From contig JAYWIR010000045.1 in NCBI GenBank assembly GCA_036172245.1, positions 930,001 through 994,000 on the forward strand: a stretch of 64,000 bases of DNA. The letters are read 5' to 3'. The notes under the pieces are model-generated. The model saw only the letters and a list, made by a program, of their open reading frames with translations. It made no database searches and was not told where the DNA came from. The position numbers and the translations under genes were made by a program. Below are positions 26,000 through 38,989 of the stretch, piece by piece; within the stretch, counting starts at the first letter, position 1; the number at the start of each line of letters is the position of its first letter. Source of the DNA: Raillietiella orientalis. Lineage: Eukaryota.

Positions 26000-26260
26000 C
26001 TTGAGTTTATTGGGATTTGATTCTGAAATTATTGATAGATTTCACTTTATGGTGATGTTCAAAAACTCCAAAAAATATTTAAGTGAATATTTTAGAAGTG
26101 TAGCGAGTGGTAGAAGGCTTGTTAGGTCTTTAGTGATGAAGAATGATCGGAAGGGGAGTACGTATAGGTTTCTTTTGGTTCCTAGAGGATTTGAAGGAAA
26201 ATTTTTATGGAGAAAGAATAGGCGTGATAGGGAGGTGATTACTATGGAGTGCATAGCAGG
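26000..26260 (-). pseudogene. CYTB: NUMT: degenerate mitochondrial cytochrome b fragment
   Basis: Minus strand reads ...SLSRLFFLHKNFPSNPLGTK(AGA=S in invertebrate mt code)NLYVLPFRSFFITKDLTSLL, matching cyt b HLLFLHxxGSNNPLG...PFHPYFxxKDL. AT-rich block with frequent CTA Leu codons, unlike its GC-rich flanks. Confidence 0.75.
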
Positions 26261-26329
26261 GCCACTTCAGCTCTCTATAGGATGCTGCCCTTCTTAAAGG
26301 AAGATCGCTCACTCCTCCAGGCGTGCCGG

Positions 26330-27065
26330 TCGCCCCCTCTTCGGGCGATCTTCGGCCAAGTGAGAGAAGCGGCGATCGCCAAAATGGAGTGATGGTGCGG
26401 CTGTTATCCCGAGGACATCACCCACGTGCTCAAAGAGACAAAGCGCCTCAATCTGGGACGTTCGAGGGCTCAAGGGAGCGTTCGGGCGATTGTGCGCAAA
26501 CACCGGTAAACGCAGAGGACCTCTTTCCTGCCATCTCTTCCCTACCCAAGGCTCTCGGGAGTCTTGATGAGTCCCGCGAGGTCAGATCATTCTATTCACC
26601 CCTTATTTATTTATCATTTCTTTCTCGCATCCCACCGCTCCTTTGTTGTGTCCCCAGCAGGGTAGTCCCTGTACTTACGTACCGACACGTGGCGGTATCC
26701 AACGTAATTGGCCTTGTTTACCTATTTGAAATAGGTATCCCAGCCGCAATCTGGAATGAAGACTATCTCACTTCTCCAGCCATACCGGCTGCCTCCTCGC
26801 TGGGAGGCGTTCTGTCACATGCAAGCAGCGGTGGGGGCCGCAATGCAGGAAGAGTGCAGTGGCTGTCACCGCAGAAATCCGTTGGCAGTCGCCGTCGCCT
26901 AGGAGTCTCTTCTGCTTCCCTTACTGGCTTTACATCCCTCTTCGACAGAAGCCATCCGGAATCGTATTTATTATCAATGCACCGCCTTCCTTAAGCTAAC
27001 CTTTCACTTCTCTCCGGTTTCCCCTAGGAGACCGTTGTCCCTTTGGTTCCTGGCCGACACGTTCC
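26330..27065 (+). repeat. LINE-derived segment B (probable ORF2 end plus long 3' UTR), inverted copy at 40340-41100
   Basis: ORF-track translations 26323-26994(+) and 40158-41204(-) are near-identical over ~185 aa. An alternative frame ending ...ETKRLNLGRSRAQGSVRAIVRKH* is followed by UTR-like sequence. Confidence 0.9.
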
Positions 27066-27699
27066 CTTTTTTGATTACAAAAAATTATTTGTTTTACCTA
27101 AATGGTTCGGCAATCCGGGATGAGATTATCGGCAGAGGCTGTCTAGATGCGTCCTTGAGTGTCTCTAGATCCCATCCATACACTTCGTTTAACTGGAAAC
27201 TGGGTGCGAAAGAGCTCTGGATGCCTCGGTCCAGAACTCCACGAACATTTGCGCATCGTTCGCTGTTCACACGCTCAGGATTCCAGAGGGAAATCTTCTC
27301 TAACAAAGGTTCAGCATTGGTTGGATGCGGGATCTCGAAAGGACTCGATCAGAACTCTCCTGTAAGCTGATGCTGCTTTAGTTCTGCCGGGTACGTCGCA
27401 CTTTCTACTGCATGTAAGTCAAGAATCCGCTATTTGTGCAGTCGGAGGACCAGATGGGCAGATCCTCAGCCTACCTTTAATTATGCTATGAAATGCTCTT
27501 TTTTTGGGCGTGAGCTAACACTCATCCTTGCCCATAGCCCTTAGCTCTTACCACCAGCCGATCGCAGGCTCACTTACCAAGAGCGGTCATCATCTCTGTA
27601 TGTCATCGTGGAGCCTGGATGGGTTCAGATAGTCGAACGCTCGTGTCAGCGTCGTGGAACTTTGCAAACTTCTTTGTGCACATCCATTCATTGCTTTGG

Positions 27700-30600
27700 T
27701 TTGTACCCAGTCACGCCAGGTCGATCATTTGAAAAACAACCACTGGTCTGAAGGGAAGATTTTCCCTCTAAACGCAACAATATGAAAAAAAAAAAGTTTG
27801 CTGGGAATGACCATCGGCACGCAGACCGGCTGGTCGAGCAGTCGGAAGGGGAAAATAAATGGCGGGAAAAAAAAGCGAGGGGGAGAGTAGGGACAGGAGT
27901 CATTAGCATAACACGTTCCTGTGGTTCCTAAAACTGGCTCTGTGTGATGGCGACTCTCTGGAGACTTCTGGCAGATGAGGCCACCTTGTAGCCATCCTAG
28001 TCAAGGAGGTTACCATGATGCTACCATTGATGTTGGCTTCCCTTCGCTACGAACGAGACTCCATCACAGTGCGGGCTGCGGCGATGGCGCGGATGCAGCA
28101 TATCGTCGAGATCATGGCTCCTTCCACAGGCCTGCCTTCTGTTAAAGAGCGTCGCAGCAACTCCAGAGAGGTGTCTTCCGGGTGCGGGACGCAAAAGCGA
28201 GTCTCCGCCACATGGACTCCAGGGTTCTGCAGTCCGACAGGAGGTGCGGGAAGAATTCCATCGCCCCTCAGATTAAGTGGTTTGGGGAGGCATTTCTCCT
28301 GGAAACCCGATGTTGGCATTGATTCCACTGGAATTCCCAGTGCAGAAACAGCAGAGCATCTTAGATTTTTACTCCAGTGGGCACTCTGTAGGAACACAGG
28401 AGGAACCAAGAATTCTTCGGGAGCATACCACGCAGGTCACTCCACCTTCTCCCGGGAATGACGAGTAGAGCGTCCATCAACTTGTTCGTCTTTTAGCCAT
28501 TGAAGAGTTTCTCGAAACCTACAGCTTCGCAGAATCCCCACAACTCCCACCCTACCTGTTGGCTACTGTCATTGTTTGTCCCCAAGGCAGACAGCGCTGA
28601 GGCAACGGGAGAAACAGCTATCGAGTGCCACTGCGTCCAGTTCTGCAGGATTTCTCCTAGAGGTTTGCATAGGAGTTTCTGGAGAGGACGAAGTTCCTCT
28701 GGGAGCACTTTCGAAGTGGCAACTCAGGACTCCAGTGTTTCCCGCGGCGAAAGCGTTTTAGTTTTGGGTGAGATGGGAAACCCAATATTGGGATTCCAAC
28801 CATGAGAACAGTTGCCTTAGGGAAATGCCGAATCCCGGCATCCTGAGTCGGCAGCACGATAGCAACAGTGGAAGTTTTTCGCTTCCAGCGCATCGCTGAA
28901 GGATGTGACCGCCGGGGCACAACAGGAAGAGGTCCACGATTTGGCTCAAGAGGTCAAAAGTTGGAACCATACCTGTAATTTGATTTTATGGATGATCAAG
29001 ATGTCTAAGCTGGTATCTTGGCGCGACTCCACCAAGTCTTTTATCCTGATCCGGGATACCTTGCAGCTCTTCATGGGGCTTTTTCCAGGAGACACTGAGC
29101 CTCACCTAATAAGGGGGTGGGAAACCAAAAATAAGTGGCGGAGGAGGAAGGAGACGTTGTCTCCTTCCGCCTTCCAGATGGTGGCCCGTCTCCATGGCAA
29201 GACAAACTCAACATCGAGGAACGAGCCGAGAGCCATCTCTGCCTTCTGAAGGCAGGTCTACCGCGCTTTTGCAGCGCAGAAGTCGCGCCCACCTGTGCTT
29301 GAAGTACCCGCCCGTGGGAGTCCCCAGGCGGATCCAGTGGATCTTTTCCTTTCACGACTCACCCAAACCATTGCTCTGCAGGGATTTTCTTCATTCCTCC
29401 GTTTCAGGATGCAAAAGGGTGCCAAGTTTTTGTATTAACAAAGACACATTATTCCAGATGGTTTCCCCTATCTGTGCTGAGGATGAAGAAGGCGTATAGC
29501 AACGAGTGCCGCTGACAGTCTATTGGAAGTACAAGCGTCATTCCTGATTTCAAGGAAACCCTCACAAAGAAAGGTACCGAGGTCACTTTTTTTCGCCCAC
29601 TTGTTTTTCCTTCTTTTTGAAAGAGGAAAAAATGAAACAAGAAGCTGGCAGGGAAGTTGTTGAACATTCAGGAGCACCTTTAGAAGATGGGAAGATTGGA
29701 ACAAAGACATTCTTTCTCCTGAAGGGTCTCCGAGAGAACTTCGTTCCTTTTCTCAGAGCTTGGGGCGAGAGATTCGAGGATCAATTCTCAGAATTGGCCA
29801 AGATGGCCATTTGAAAAGCTTCCTCAAGGGGAGGAGGAATCCCAAAATGGAAGGAGCGTCTACCTAGTACGAGCGATCTTTGCATGCAGATCGCTCGTCC
29901 TTGAGCCCGAGTTCAAGAGCGGACGCTCTTCGAGTCGGAATTCCCCCATAGTGCGTCAGACTCTCGCCGGAACTCGGATGGCTTCCGGGAAATCTGATCG
30001 ATAGACTCGATGCACCATCTTCGTCAACAAGAGGTTCCATCTTACTGCTTTAGTTAAGCAAGAGGCTTACCCAAGCCTCGAGGGTATGAGTGGTGGCGTC
30101 TTTCTGGCTAAAACCATTTCCCGGAAGAATTCTTCACCCGGCAGCTTTCGACCGCTGTTCCATTTTGGAGGCTTTGGGATCCTCTTTCAGTATGGGAAAT
30201 TGCCTCTAGCGAGAACGGAGCAGCAGCTGATGGCTTACCGCAACTCACCATTCTCTCTCACTTTATTCTCTGACGTCTGCATTCCAGGTCTGACTGGTAT
30301 CACTTAATCACGAATGATTGAGTCCTGTTCCTCGAAAAGATGCAGACCTCTGAACAAGATGGCGAGAAAAAGCAGTAATCCAGTAAGCTTTTATCCTTAG
30401 GATAAGAAGCACAGTGGAAGTGCGCTGCTCCTATCGCGCCTGTGAAGTAACTTCATCCTAATCAGAGAGCACATGACTGAGGTTTGGTGATGGAAGCAGC
30501 ACAGAAGAACTCCATCTCCTGGATGATTCGTGCATATCTTCTCTTGGAAGTTGACCCTCCGGGGTCCCTTCCTGGAATCAAAGGGCTGTTCTCTTCAGGG

Positions 30601-32600
30601 TTCCCCTCCGGTTCTAAAAATGAAGCCGCTCCTTCCACTCGGTGAGGACCCTCCATCGCGTAACATGGAGCTGGTTGGGCCAACCCCCTCTTGGGAGGTT
30701 GCCCCTCCAGAGCGAGAGAAACGCTCTATTCCCTTCGGGAAGCGTCTCTCCAGAGAAATGAGGAAGAGGTTCCCTTTGGGGTTTACTCTCAAGTGCAAAG
30801 GGAACTAGAACCTTCCTGGATCCATAGGGTGGTCCCTCTGTGGTTGCCCCATATAACTCGAAGAGTTACATGTACACTTGGGTGGCGTGGACAGTGTCAG
30901 AGAGTTTCGTGAGTCCCGCCCCATGAGGAGGGATTGTTCGCTACTGAGGCAATCATGAAGACGCATGAGGAGGATAACGATTCTTCAGTACTCCTTGAGG
31001 AGCAAATAAAAAGAATTCCCAGAGGAGCAAGCATCGAGACATGGGAGTTCCCTGGGAGATCCCTTGGAGGACCAAAAATCATTGGTCACCTCCATCGGTG
31101 GGCGCAAGATCTCTCCTGAATTCTCAGAAAAATCAAGAGGCTCGGGATCAATCAATATGGGAAAAGGGAAGATCAGGCGGAGGAAGCAGGAGACATAGAC
31201 CTCTCCTAAACCCAGAACAGAAGAAAGTGATCTGCGCTCCCATTGATTTTTCCCTGGTCCTCCCCGGATGATTGGAGCCGCACCTCAGTCGCGTCCTTCA
31301 TCTGATTTTACTTTCTTTCACTTCTGTTGCTTCCTCGAAAGATGCGCGTCAAACCGAAGGGCAAAACCTTCCTGAGCTCGACTTTTGTTCGATTCTGACG
31401 GGCTCCGAAAGCGGTGCTTCGCCAAGACCTCGCTGACGCCGTGGCCGACACGTCTATGAGAGCGGGGACGCTCATCCTCCTGCTTTTCCTTCTCTCCAAA
31501 AGATTTCTGTCCTGGATGCCTTGCCACTCATCTCTGTCGTGGGTGATTTTTTAAACAGAATCAAGGATCGTACGAGTATTGATGACTGCCAAGCGGCTGC
31601 CTACTGCCTTCGTTTCCTCAATGGCAGACAACCGAGAAAGGAAAGTCCGCTACGAAGAAAGGCGAAAGTGGGTTCGCGGGAAGAATCCACGATTCCCTTT
31701 TCTGCCTCGTGATCATGCTGGGTAATGGAGTGGAATTCTTCAGCAGTCTGCGGGAGTTCACCTGTGCATCTCCACTGCGTCTGCAGCATGCAGCGTGTAC
31801 TTGGCTGTAGCTCGATGAGGTTTCGCTGTGAAAAGACGAAGTTCTGTGAGACCTTTCAAACTCATGCTGAGAGAAAACCTGTGGGAGAGCGAATCTCGGT
31901 ACCGTGCGTCCTCTGCAGACTAAGTTGCGGAGGCGGAACTCCATGTTTCCTCTGTAAGCACCCCTGCTGGCGACGATACTTCTTAGGTTTGTGATCGTCC
32001 AGGTTTCAAAGAGAGCAACTGGATGGGAAGGCAGCCATGAAGACGCAAGGAGACCAATTCATTCCTGCTGTGGGATTTGCTAGAGTTCTCTTCCAAACTG
32101 ATGCGACAATGGCTTCCTGAAACTACCCGAATTTCAACTGGAGGCAGAAAGATCACCAGTCTCAGCATCAATCGTTCCCGATAAAAAGTAAAAGGAAATG
32201 ACCTGACAGAAACAAGCGGACGCATTCTCGTTCCCATAATTCCCCCTACGGAGGAGAGCCAAATCTCTTGGAATGTTTTTATCTTTGGGCGCGCCTCTCA
32301 TCCAAAGCTCAACCTATCAGATTATCACCTCATCGTCACTAAAAAAAAAAATGCCCGCCTCACTTGATGCAATGCCCTCAAAGGAGCTTCCATAGAGGAA
32401 CGTATCCCGAAGAGAACTCGATTCCGATTTCCCCATTCAGACCCTGATGAATCTTTTGTAAATATGGTGTGACCTCAGGGGATGTTTCTGTCGAGCCGCG
32501 CAGCAGTATGCTGGCGCGTGGGGTTACGCATACAAATCTTTTGTTTCCGCCCATAATACCAAAATCAGCATCCTCGTGCAACTCACAGAGCCTTCCCAAT
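27700..32600 (-). mobile_element. Near full-length degenerate L1/Tx1-like LINE
   Basis: Minus-strand order: ORF1-like DFGIMGGNKRFV (~32550), knuckle-like CSL..DH (~32000), GGD.N (~31090), PILKEDP (~30190), RWKRK..VA.VLPTQDAG (~28860), and C-terminal ELLRRSL..ICCIRAIAAAR (28050-28170) homologous to the 14.4-kb copy, then a T-rich UTR. The 3' end is well supported; the 5' part is weak. Confidence 0.55.
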
Positions 32601-33199
32601 CCCCACTGCTAAAGGATGGTCTTAGAAACGGGGCTAAAGAGTGAAGAAGGCTGCAGTGGACTCAGGACCAGTGTCTTTATCGCCTAGGGAAGAAGGAAGG
32701 ACCAGGAAACAGGGACACACGGAGCTCGGGGTGTCCTGTGAGCTGGGAAATCTTGAGCATCCTGCCTTCCCTTTCCAAGGAGAAACTTTTCCGATGACAA
32801 GAAGAGTTTCTCGAACCTCTCAAACGTTGAAGCAGTCAAGGAAGCTTCCGTGTCGACAGCATCATCAGTCATCCTCAGGAAAAACAAATGGCCATCCTCC
32901 TTGTGTTTATTTTGTATGATCTTTCGAGATTCTGGACCAGGCCCTTTTGAAAGGTCTGGCTCTTGCAAACGATGGTAATGCGGGAAGCGAGAAAATCAGT
33001 GGTTGGTGCCTATTATTAAAGTATTCAGGAAGGCAAGGACAACTCAGTTCACGTCCGTCGAAAGCGAATTGCTCCATTCAGAGACGTGACGAAATCCCGG
33101 TGGCTCCTGAGGGAGAGCAACGATTTTCCTCACTCTCTGGATGAGGCACGAGAGAGAGATATGGTTACCCGGAAAGAACGTCACAGAACGTGTTTGCGG

Positions 33200-36100
33200 C
33201 GAATGGTGGTGTTGAATTCACCCGTCAGCTGAATGAAGCTTAGCTGCACTTGTAGTCTTGTCTCTCTGGAAAGTCTTTCTGGGAACCAAGTCGCGCTGAG
33301 TGGAGGCACGCGATTCCTCGAGGCATTTTCGAAATTTCTCGAGCTTCAGCCTAGAGCTCCACAGCATGGAGTTGTTTAGCCACCTTCCCTGCCCACGGTC
33401 CAGACGGATGTGACTCACGGGAACCCCACCTATTCTGTGAAACCCCTCCCGCGTCCCTTGTGCTTTCATGTTAAGGACCTGGCCACTTTTCTCACCTGGC
33501 GGGATAGAATTCTTTCAAAAGTGCTGCTGGGTGCAGAGTTTCCCAGCCAATGTTCTAGGGCGGCTCGCCTTCCGAGCGCTCTTTTTATAAAAGTTTCCAG
33601 AAGCATGAGCTACACTGGAGCACGGTGTGGCTCATGCTTTTGGCTACTCTCGCTGGAGATGAAAAATTTGCTCAAGATTCACAGGGAAGATTTGCTTGTG
33701 CTCTCCATGTTTGCACCTTTCCGCTTCTCCCGGTGGAACAACTCTACCCCCGTTGGTTCAAGGCATCCAGCACGCGACTCCAGGGGATTCTCCGTAGATC
33801 CCACCTTGCTGCTTTCCGCATCTCTTCTCATACGACTTCCTATAGGCCGATTCATCCTCTTTTGCTTCCGATCTCTTGATCGAAAGCGAAAGAGAAGCCA
33901 GCAAATGATCCGAGGGCCGTTTTGTACCTCCCTTTCCCTTTCCTATAAATGGAGAGGAGACAGATACCGTACAGTACTCCAAAAATAAGACAAATTGTAT
34001 TTGAGCCTCTAGAGCATCCCACGTGAATCATCCTTTTTTTTTTTCATATAAAGTCTACCTGCGCCCACTGTTCAGGATGTGGGCAGCTGATACATTGGTG
34101 ATGACCTCTGCATTTTGACTTTCGTCGCAATCAAAAGGTTTTGCGTTAGCCTTCATCAACTGTTCATCGCTCCTGCAACAAAATATCAACAGCTCCCTTG
34201 TAGAGATCGGAAAAGATTCCAATCACCCTCCAGATAAGACTGTCTTCTTCGGTGCACTGTTTTATCAGCTACCTCTCATGGCAATCTTGTTGACAAGCGC
34301 TGTTCCGCAGCACTACTCTCACGAAGGTGTGACATGGAATGATGCCAACGGGAGCTACCGGCTGGATGCAGATTCCGAAGTGATGTTGAAGGGCAGTCTG
34401 CCGGGCATGCGGATGCCTTGTAGATGGAGATCAAAGTAGTGGAGATTCTAGGTTCTCCATTGGAGTATCCTGGGAACTTTGCCTCCGTACACAATCTCCA
34501 GCGCCAACTGCTTTGTGCAGCGGCCATAGGTATTTACTGAGATGAAAAGACCACAACCGTACCCACGTTCCACGTTCTTGTACTCACCCTCCCCTTTTGT
34601 CTTATCTTTTCGTGTAATTTCTCATAACAAAGGGATGCGGTTTGAAGGAGACGCATTGGGGTCACTAATGAGGTAAGAAATAGTCACCCGGCATTTTCGT
34701 CCAGCACAAGAATTCTTGACTGACGTGATGGATCAAAGGGATGGGGGGAGGGGATTCGATTCAAATGGATCTGCTTGAAGACCAGAGTGGATCGCTTTGA
34801 ACTCACAGAGCGCCATTTGAGCCGCTTGCGAGATGAGCCTGTAAGTCGGTGGTTATCACTGAACCCATTCCTTTCCTTCCAAGGATACTGATTTCCTTTC
34901 CTTGCCTCTTACATCTGGATGTATCCTTGCATACAGATGTTCCCTCGTGAGCATCATGGCTTTGAGATCATCGAGAGTTCAGCTGAGGGTGAAGCGGAGT
35001 TACTTCCAACGGTGAAGAATGGACCCTTCCTCTGGTTTTCATTCCTTCGGAGTCCCAGCCGGCTTTCTTTGGAATTCAGTCGAAAGCAAAGCAATAGCCC
35101 TCAAAAAGCTATAGCCGGTCTTAATATTCTGAAAAGTTTCGAAACTTTTGCTGCATCGATCACTTGGTCATCAGCCTGGATGGCTTCCAGCCTGCGCATA
35201 AAGACATGAATTTCTTCTGTTGATGCCGACCCTTTCTGAAAATTTATTGATGCTTCCATATCTTGAAGAGGAACATAGGATTCTTTCGGAGTGATTTTTT
35301 CCATTCGCGGGAAGGATCCATGATTGAATAGATGGCGCACGCTTCATGCTATCGACACGGATTACAGCTCCCGCTGCTTGCATCGTTTGCTGCCGTATCG
35401 GGACGTGTAAATCTAAAGATGAATGGACGATGTATTTATGAGTCGCAATTACAGCGAAAATCCCTTCATCTGTTCCTACTGACGAGGATCCTGCGACAGA
35501 ACGGTCTAGCCAGGCATCCGGAAGAGTCTCGGATTCTAAGGCTTCCGTCTGAGGACCCGAGTAAGGAGATTCCTCAAAATCGCAAGATTGCTTCAGGGTT
35601 CGTAAATTCTGAATTAACCTGGAGAAGAATGAATTCGAAGGAAGGGCGCGTTTCCTCGAAATGGAAATCCTTCCTTCCCTTCGGAGAAAGGTGAAGCTCT
35701 CTTCGGCGTGTGGACTCTCCTTGCTCCAAACGAACTGGGAAAATGGCAAGAGCATCCCCAATTGATCCGACGGAAGCGCCAGTTCTTCAATCGGACCAAA
35801 GTCCTTTATCCGAAGTTCTCCGCGAAGCTGCACCCGCATACTCTGGAAGCCATCTGAACACTGGAAGAACCGATAAGCTGGATCACTTTAGCTCCGCACT
35901 TCTCTTCGTAGACGTCGACCATCCACAAGGGGAGGAGCCACTTCGAGACCCCTCCCTTTCCTGCGGCGTCGCATGTGAAGACAAAAATGCCGTCAGGATG
36001 CAACGTTTTACGTTCCCCTCGTAAAGGCACGCCAGCGGGTTGTGCAAGGAGAGCCAAGCTAAGGAAATCAGCTACGAACATCCAAACATCGACCATCTTG

Positions 36101-36550
36101 GAGCATGGCGAGCGTCTTCAGCGTTCCTTCTTCCCTCATAGAAGAACCTTGGGCAGCTGATACTTATCTTGAATTCTCTATCTCATGAGTAAACAGCGGT
36201 ATGAGAGAGTCCCGACGATAGGAGATAAGTGGAAAGGGAAGCTTCGAGCTGCTTCCAAAATACGGAAGGAAAGTGGATCCACGACTCTCCAGAGCAAAAA
36301 GGCTACTTTGAGAAAATCGGTTTTGGACTCCTTAAGAAGGCTTTTAAGGTTCTCATTATTATTCTGAATAAACCAATGGGGTGCCACTCCAGCTGGTCTG
36401 CAAAAGCAAAGAAGATAAGCAGGGATGCGGTCACCGAATTGTCGACGGAAATATTCCTGAAATTCGGAAGGATTGCCTTCCTGGCTCTCGAGAGAAAGGA
36501 TGCCTCGTTCTGGATGGCGCTTTGTTCTTAGTGATTCCACAGTGACGGCT
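33200..36550 (-). mobile_element. Probable degenerate LINE 5' half (ORF1, APE, RT start)
   Basis: ORF1-like LLCFCRPAGVAPHWFIQ..ENLKSLL (36178-36540), VPLQD (~35270) and QGTREGF (~33450), in LINE order. Weak. Confidence 0.35.
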
Positions 36551-37099
36551 GTGCTTCCCAGAAATTCCCTCCCGACGAGAAAAAACTCTACTCCCCTTCC
36601 CCTTTTTGTACTTGAACCGTTCCCTCAAATGCAAGGACACTGCGGCGCTCTTCTTGCATTTCCCTGTAGAAGGGCCTCCGGTACCTCTGTCACCTGGTCA
36701 ACGGTCACCCTTTACCGACGCAGGCTCTCGAAAATCATGCTGAGTACTGCGGGATCGGCCCTAATGCCACTCCCTGCTTATTTATCTATTGATTTCCCCT
36801 CCTTTCTCACCACTCCTCCCTAGTTCTGTTCCCAGCGAGGGTAGCTCCTGTTGACACTGTAACCTTTTAACTGACCCGGCTATTCGGGATGAGAAGATGA
36901 GAAGGTCACGCCGGTGAGGATGGGGTGGGTTTCGTGAACGCTCCCGTAGTCGCAGAAGCTCGCTTCCGGAAATCGAAATGGTTTCTGGAGAGAAAAACGC
37001 TCAGGTGGCAAATAGGTGAGGCTATTGCGGCAGCCCCTCCTGCGTACGAATTGCAAGGATCTCCTAACGGAGGCGGAAGTCCAGCAAGAGGCCGACCTG

Positions 37100-38500
37100 A
37101 AGTTTTTCATGAGGTCACGCCTGGGCGTTTTTTTTAATAAAAAATAAACCAGTTGGGAACTTTTGTTTCCAACCGATAACAAGAAGAAACTAAGGGGGGG
37201 TTCACCGGCATGCAGCCAAGACAACAGAGTCCCAAACGGGGGAGGGACAAGTGGACAACAAAAACAAACAAAGTGAGTGGGAGGGGTAGGGATCTTTGGT
37301 TTTGCTTCGTGTGAGCTGGGATGAAAACAAGCACCGAGGAAGTTACGGAGCCTATTGGGATGGAAAACAAGAAAACAAAATAAAGGAAGGGAGGGGACAA
37401 GGATCACCGGGTCTACCGCTCCTAACAGTCCATTAACGGCGTTGAATGCCGGTGATCTTCTTCGCTTCCTGTCAGTCAGGCTGCCTCGCAGCCGTCCTTA
37501 TGCAGGTGGCTGCCATTCTAGTGACCTCCGTTCGCTGCGTGGTCGTTTCGAGCATATGGCGGGCCGCAGTGATGGTGCAGATGCAACCCATGGTTGCAGT
37601 AATAGCATCCGGCGAGAGATCTCTCGGCACGAAGAACCTTCGCAGCACGTCTCGAGCGGTGTTCTGGTGCAAGAGTGTTGTTGTTGCCAGCTTCTGCCAC
37701 AATTCTTGGAGGGTACCGCAGTCCAGAAGCAAGTGAATCCGATCCGCACCTGGCGCAGTTCGGGGATGGCAATCCCTCCGGAAACTCGATGCCGTCGCTC
37801 GTTACACTGGAATCCCCAGTGGATGAAGAGCAGTACGACCTGTTTCCAGGCGAGGGGGAATATTGAACCGTCCAAATAATGGGGTGAGACTACAAGTTGT
37901 TCAGGGGCAACACTCGAAATTTCGTCCCATCAAATGAGTCCCCTCGCCAAGGAACGCGGACTGGCGACATCCACCAGCTCACAAGTCTTCCAGGCACCGA
38001 ACAGTTTCATTTTTCCCTCGGTGGTGCAGGAAAACTCCCTTCTCGCCAGTAAGCTACTGTCATTTCTTGCCCTGAGGGCAGACAGAGCTGCGGCGAGGGG
38101 TGTGGCGGACAGAGTCGGAAACTTCACCGCGCCCTGCATCATTACTTCCAGTGGTCATGGAAGCAGATGTCTCAGGGGAAGAAGACTTTGAGGCCACATT
38201 CCCCAGAAGGAAGCCCAGGATTAAACAGCCACCCTCCGCCAAGCATCGAAGTTCGTCAGGCGTCAGGAGATCCACGAATGGGCTTCCACTGGAGAGGAGA
38301 GTTGCCTCAGGGGGAAGCCGAAGGCCGATCTGAAGTCGCGCTGTCGACTCAACGATGTCCGACTATGAAAGGGAGTGCGCAGGCGCAGAACGATCTCGCG
38401 AGCTCCCAGCGGACTGCTCTGGAATCCCGTATGAGCGACGCGCATCTTCCCAACGCTTCTTCACCGGAGGAACCTTACTGTCGATTCTTCCGACTCTTCA
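37100..38500 (-). mobile_element. L1/Tx1-like LINE ORF2 C-terminus plus T-rich 3' UTR, paralog of 14040-15700
   Basis: PNCARCGSD.., LDCGTLQELWQKLA..TARDVLRRFFVPRDLSPDAITATMGCI and AVKFPTLSATPLAAALSALRARNDSSL closely match the 14366-15166 ORF. Several frameshifts. Confidence 0.88.
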
Positions 38501-38589
38501 GATAGCTAGGGAGCTGAGATTGCAGACAGAATAGATGGTCTTCCAGAGGTCAGGAACTCCTATGCCAGCCCCGGACAGGGCCATGATCG

Positions 38590-38895
38590 CCAATTGAAAA
38601 GGTGGAAGACCAAGGAAATTCCAGGAATGGTGATCGGGATAGCCTCCTCACTCTCCTGATCCATCGGACCGAAGGACTATCAGAAGATGCGCTCCACCGA
38701 GGAAACTTTGGGGAATCTAGACCTCGGAGCTCTGCAGGAGATGCAAAATACCTCTACGCAGATGGTCAAGAAGGAGGAATCGTTAAGATAAGTTTGACCC
38801 CTGAAGCCTCGCTCGAGACGTTTTCCAAGTTCCTACGCGAGGTTTCCGGCGCCCAATTCACAGTGCGGAAGTCGAAAATCCTGGCATTTGGCTAG
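38590..38895 (+). mobile_element. LINE reverse transcriptase fragment
   Basis: YLYADG...LETFSKFLREVSGAQFTVRKSKIL resembles the L1-clade YADD...F...SGxxINxxKS motifs. Confidence 0.5.
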
Positions 38896-38989
38896 TCAAC
38901 GGATGACAACAGGTTCAGAAATTCTCGTTGGTGGGTTCCTCACTTTGGGAGGGGGGGGATGGGGGCGATTGAGATTCCCTCGTCCCTGA

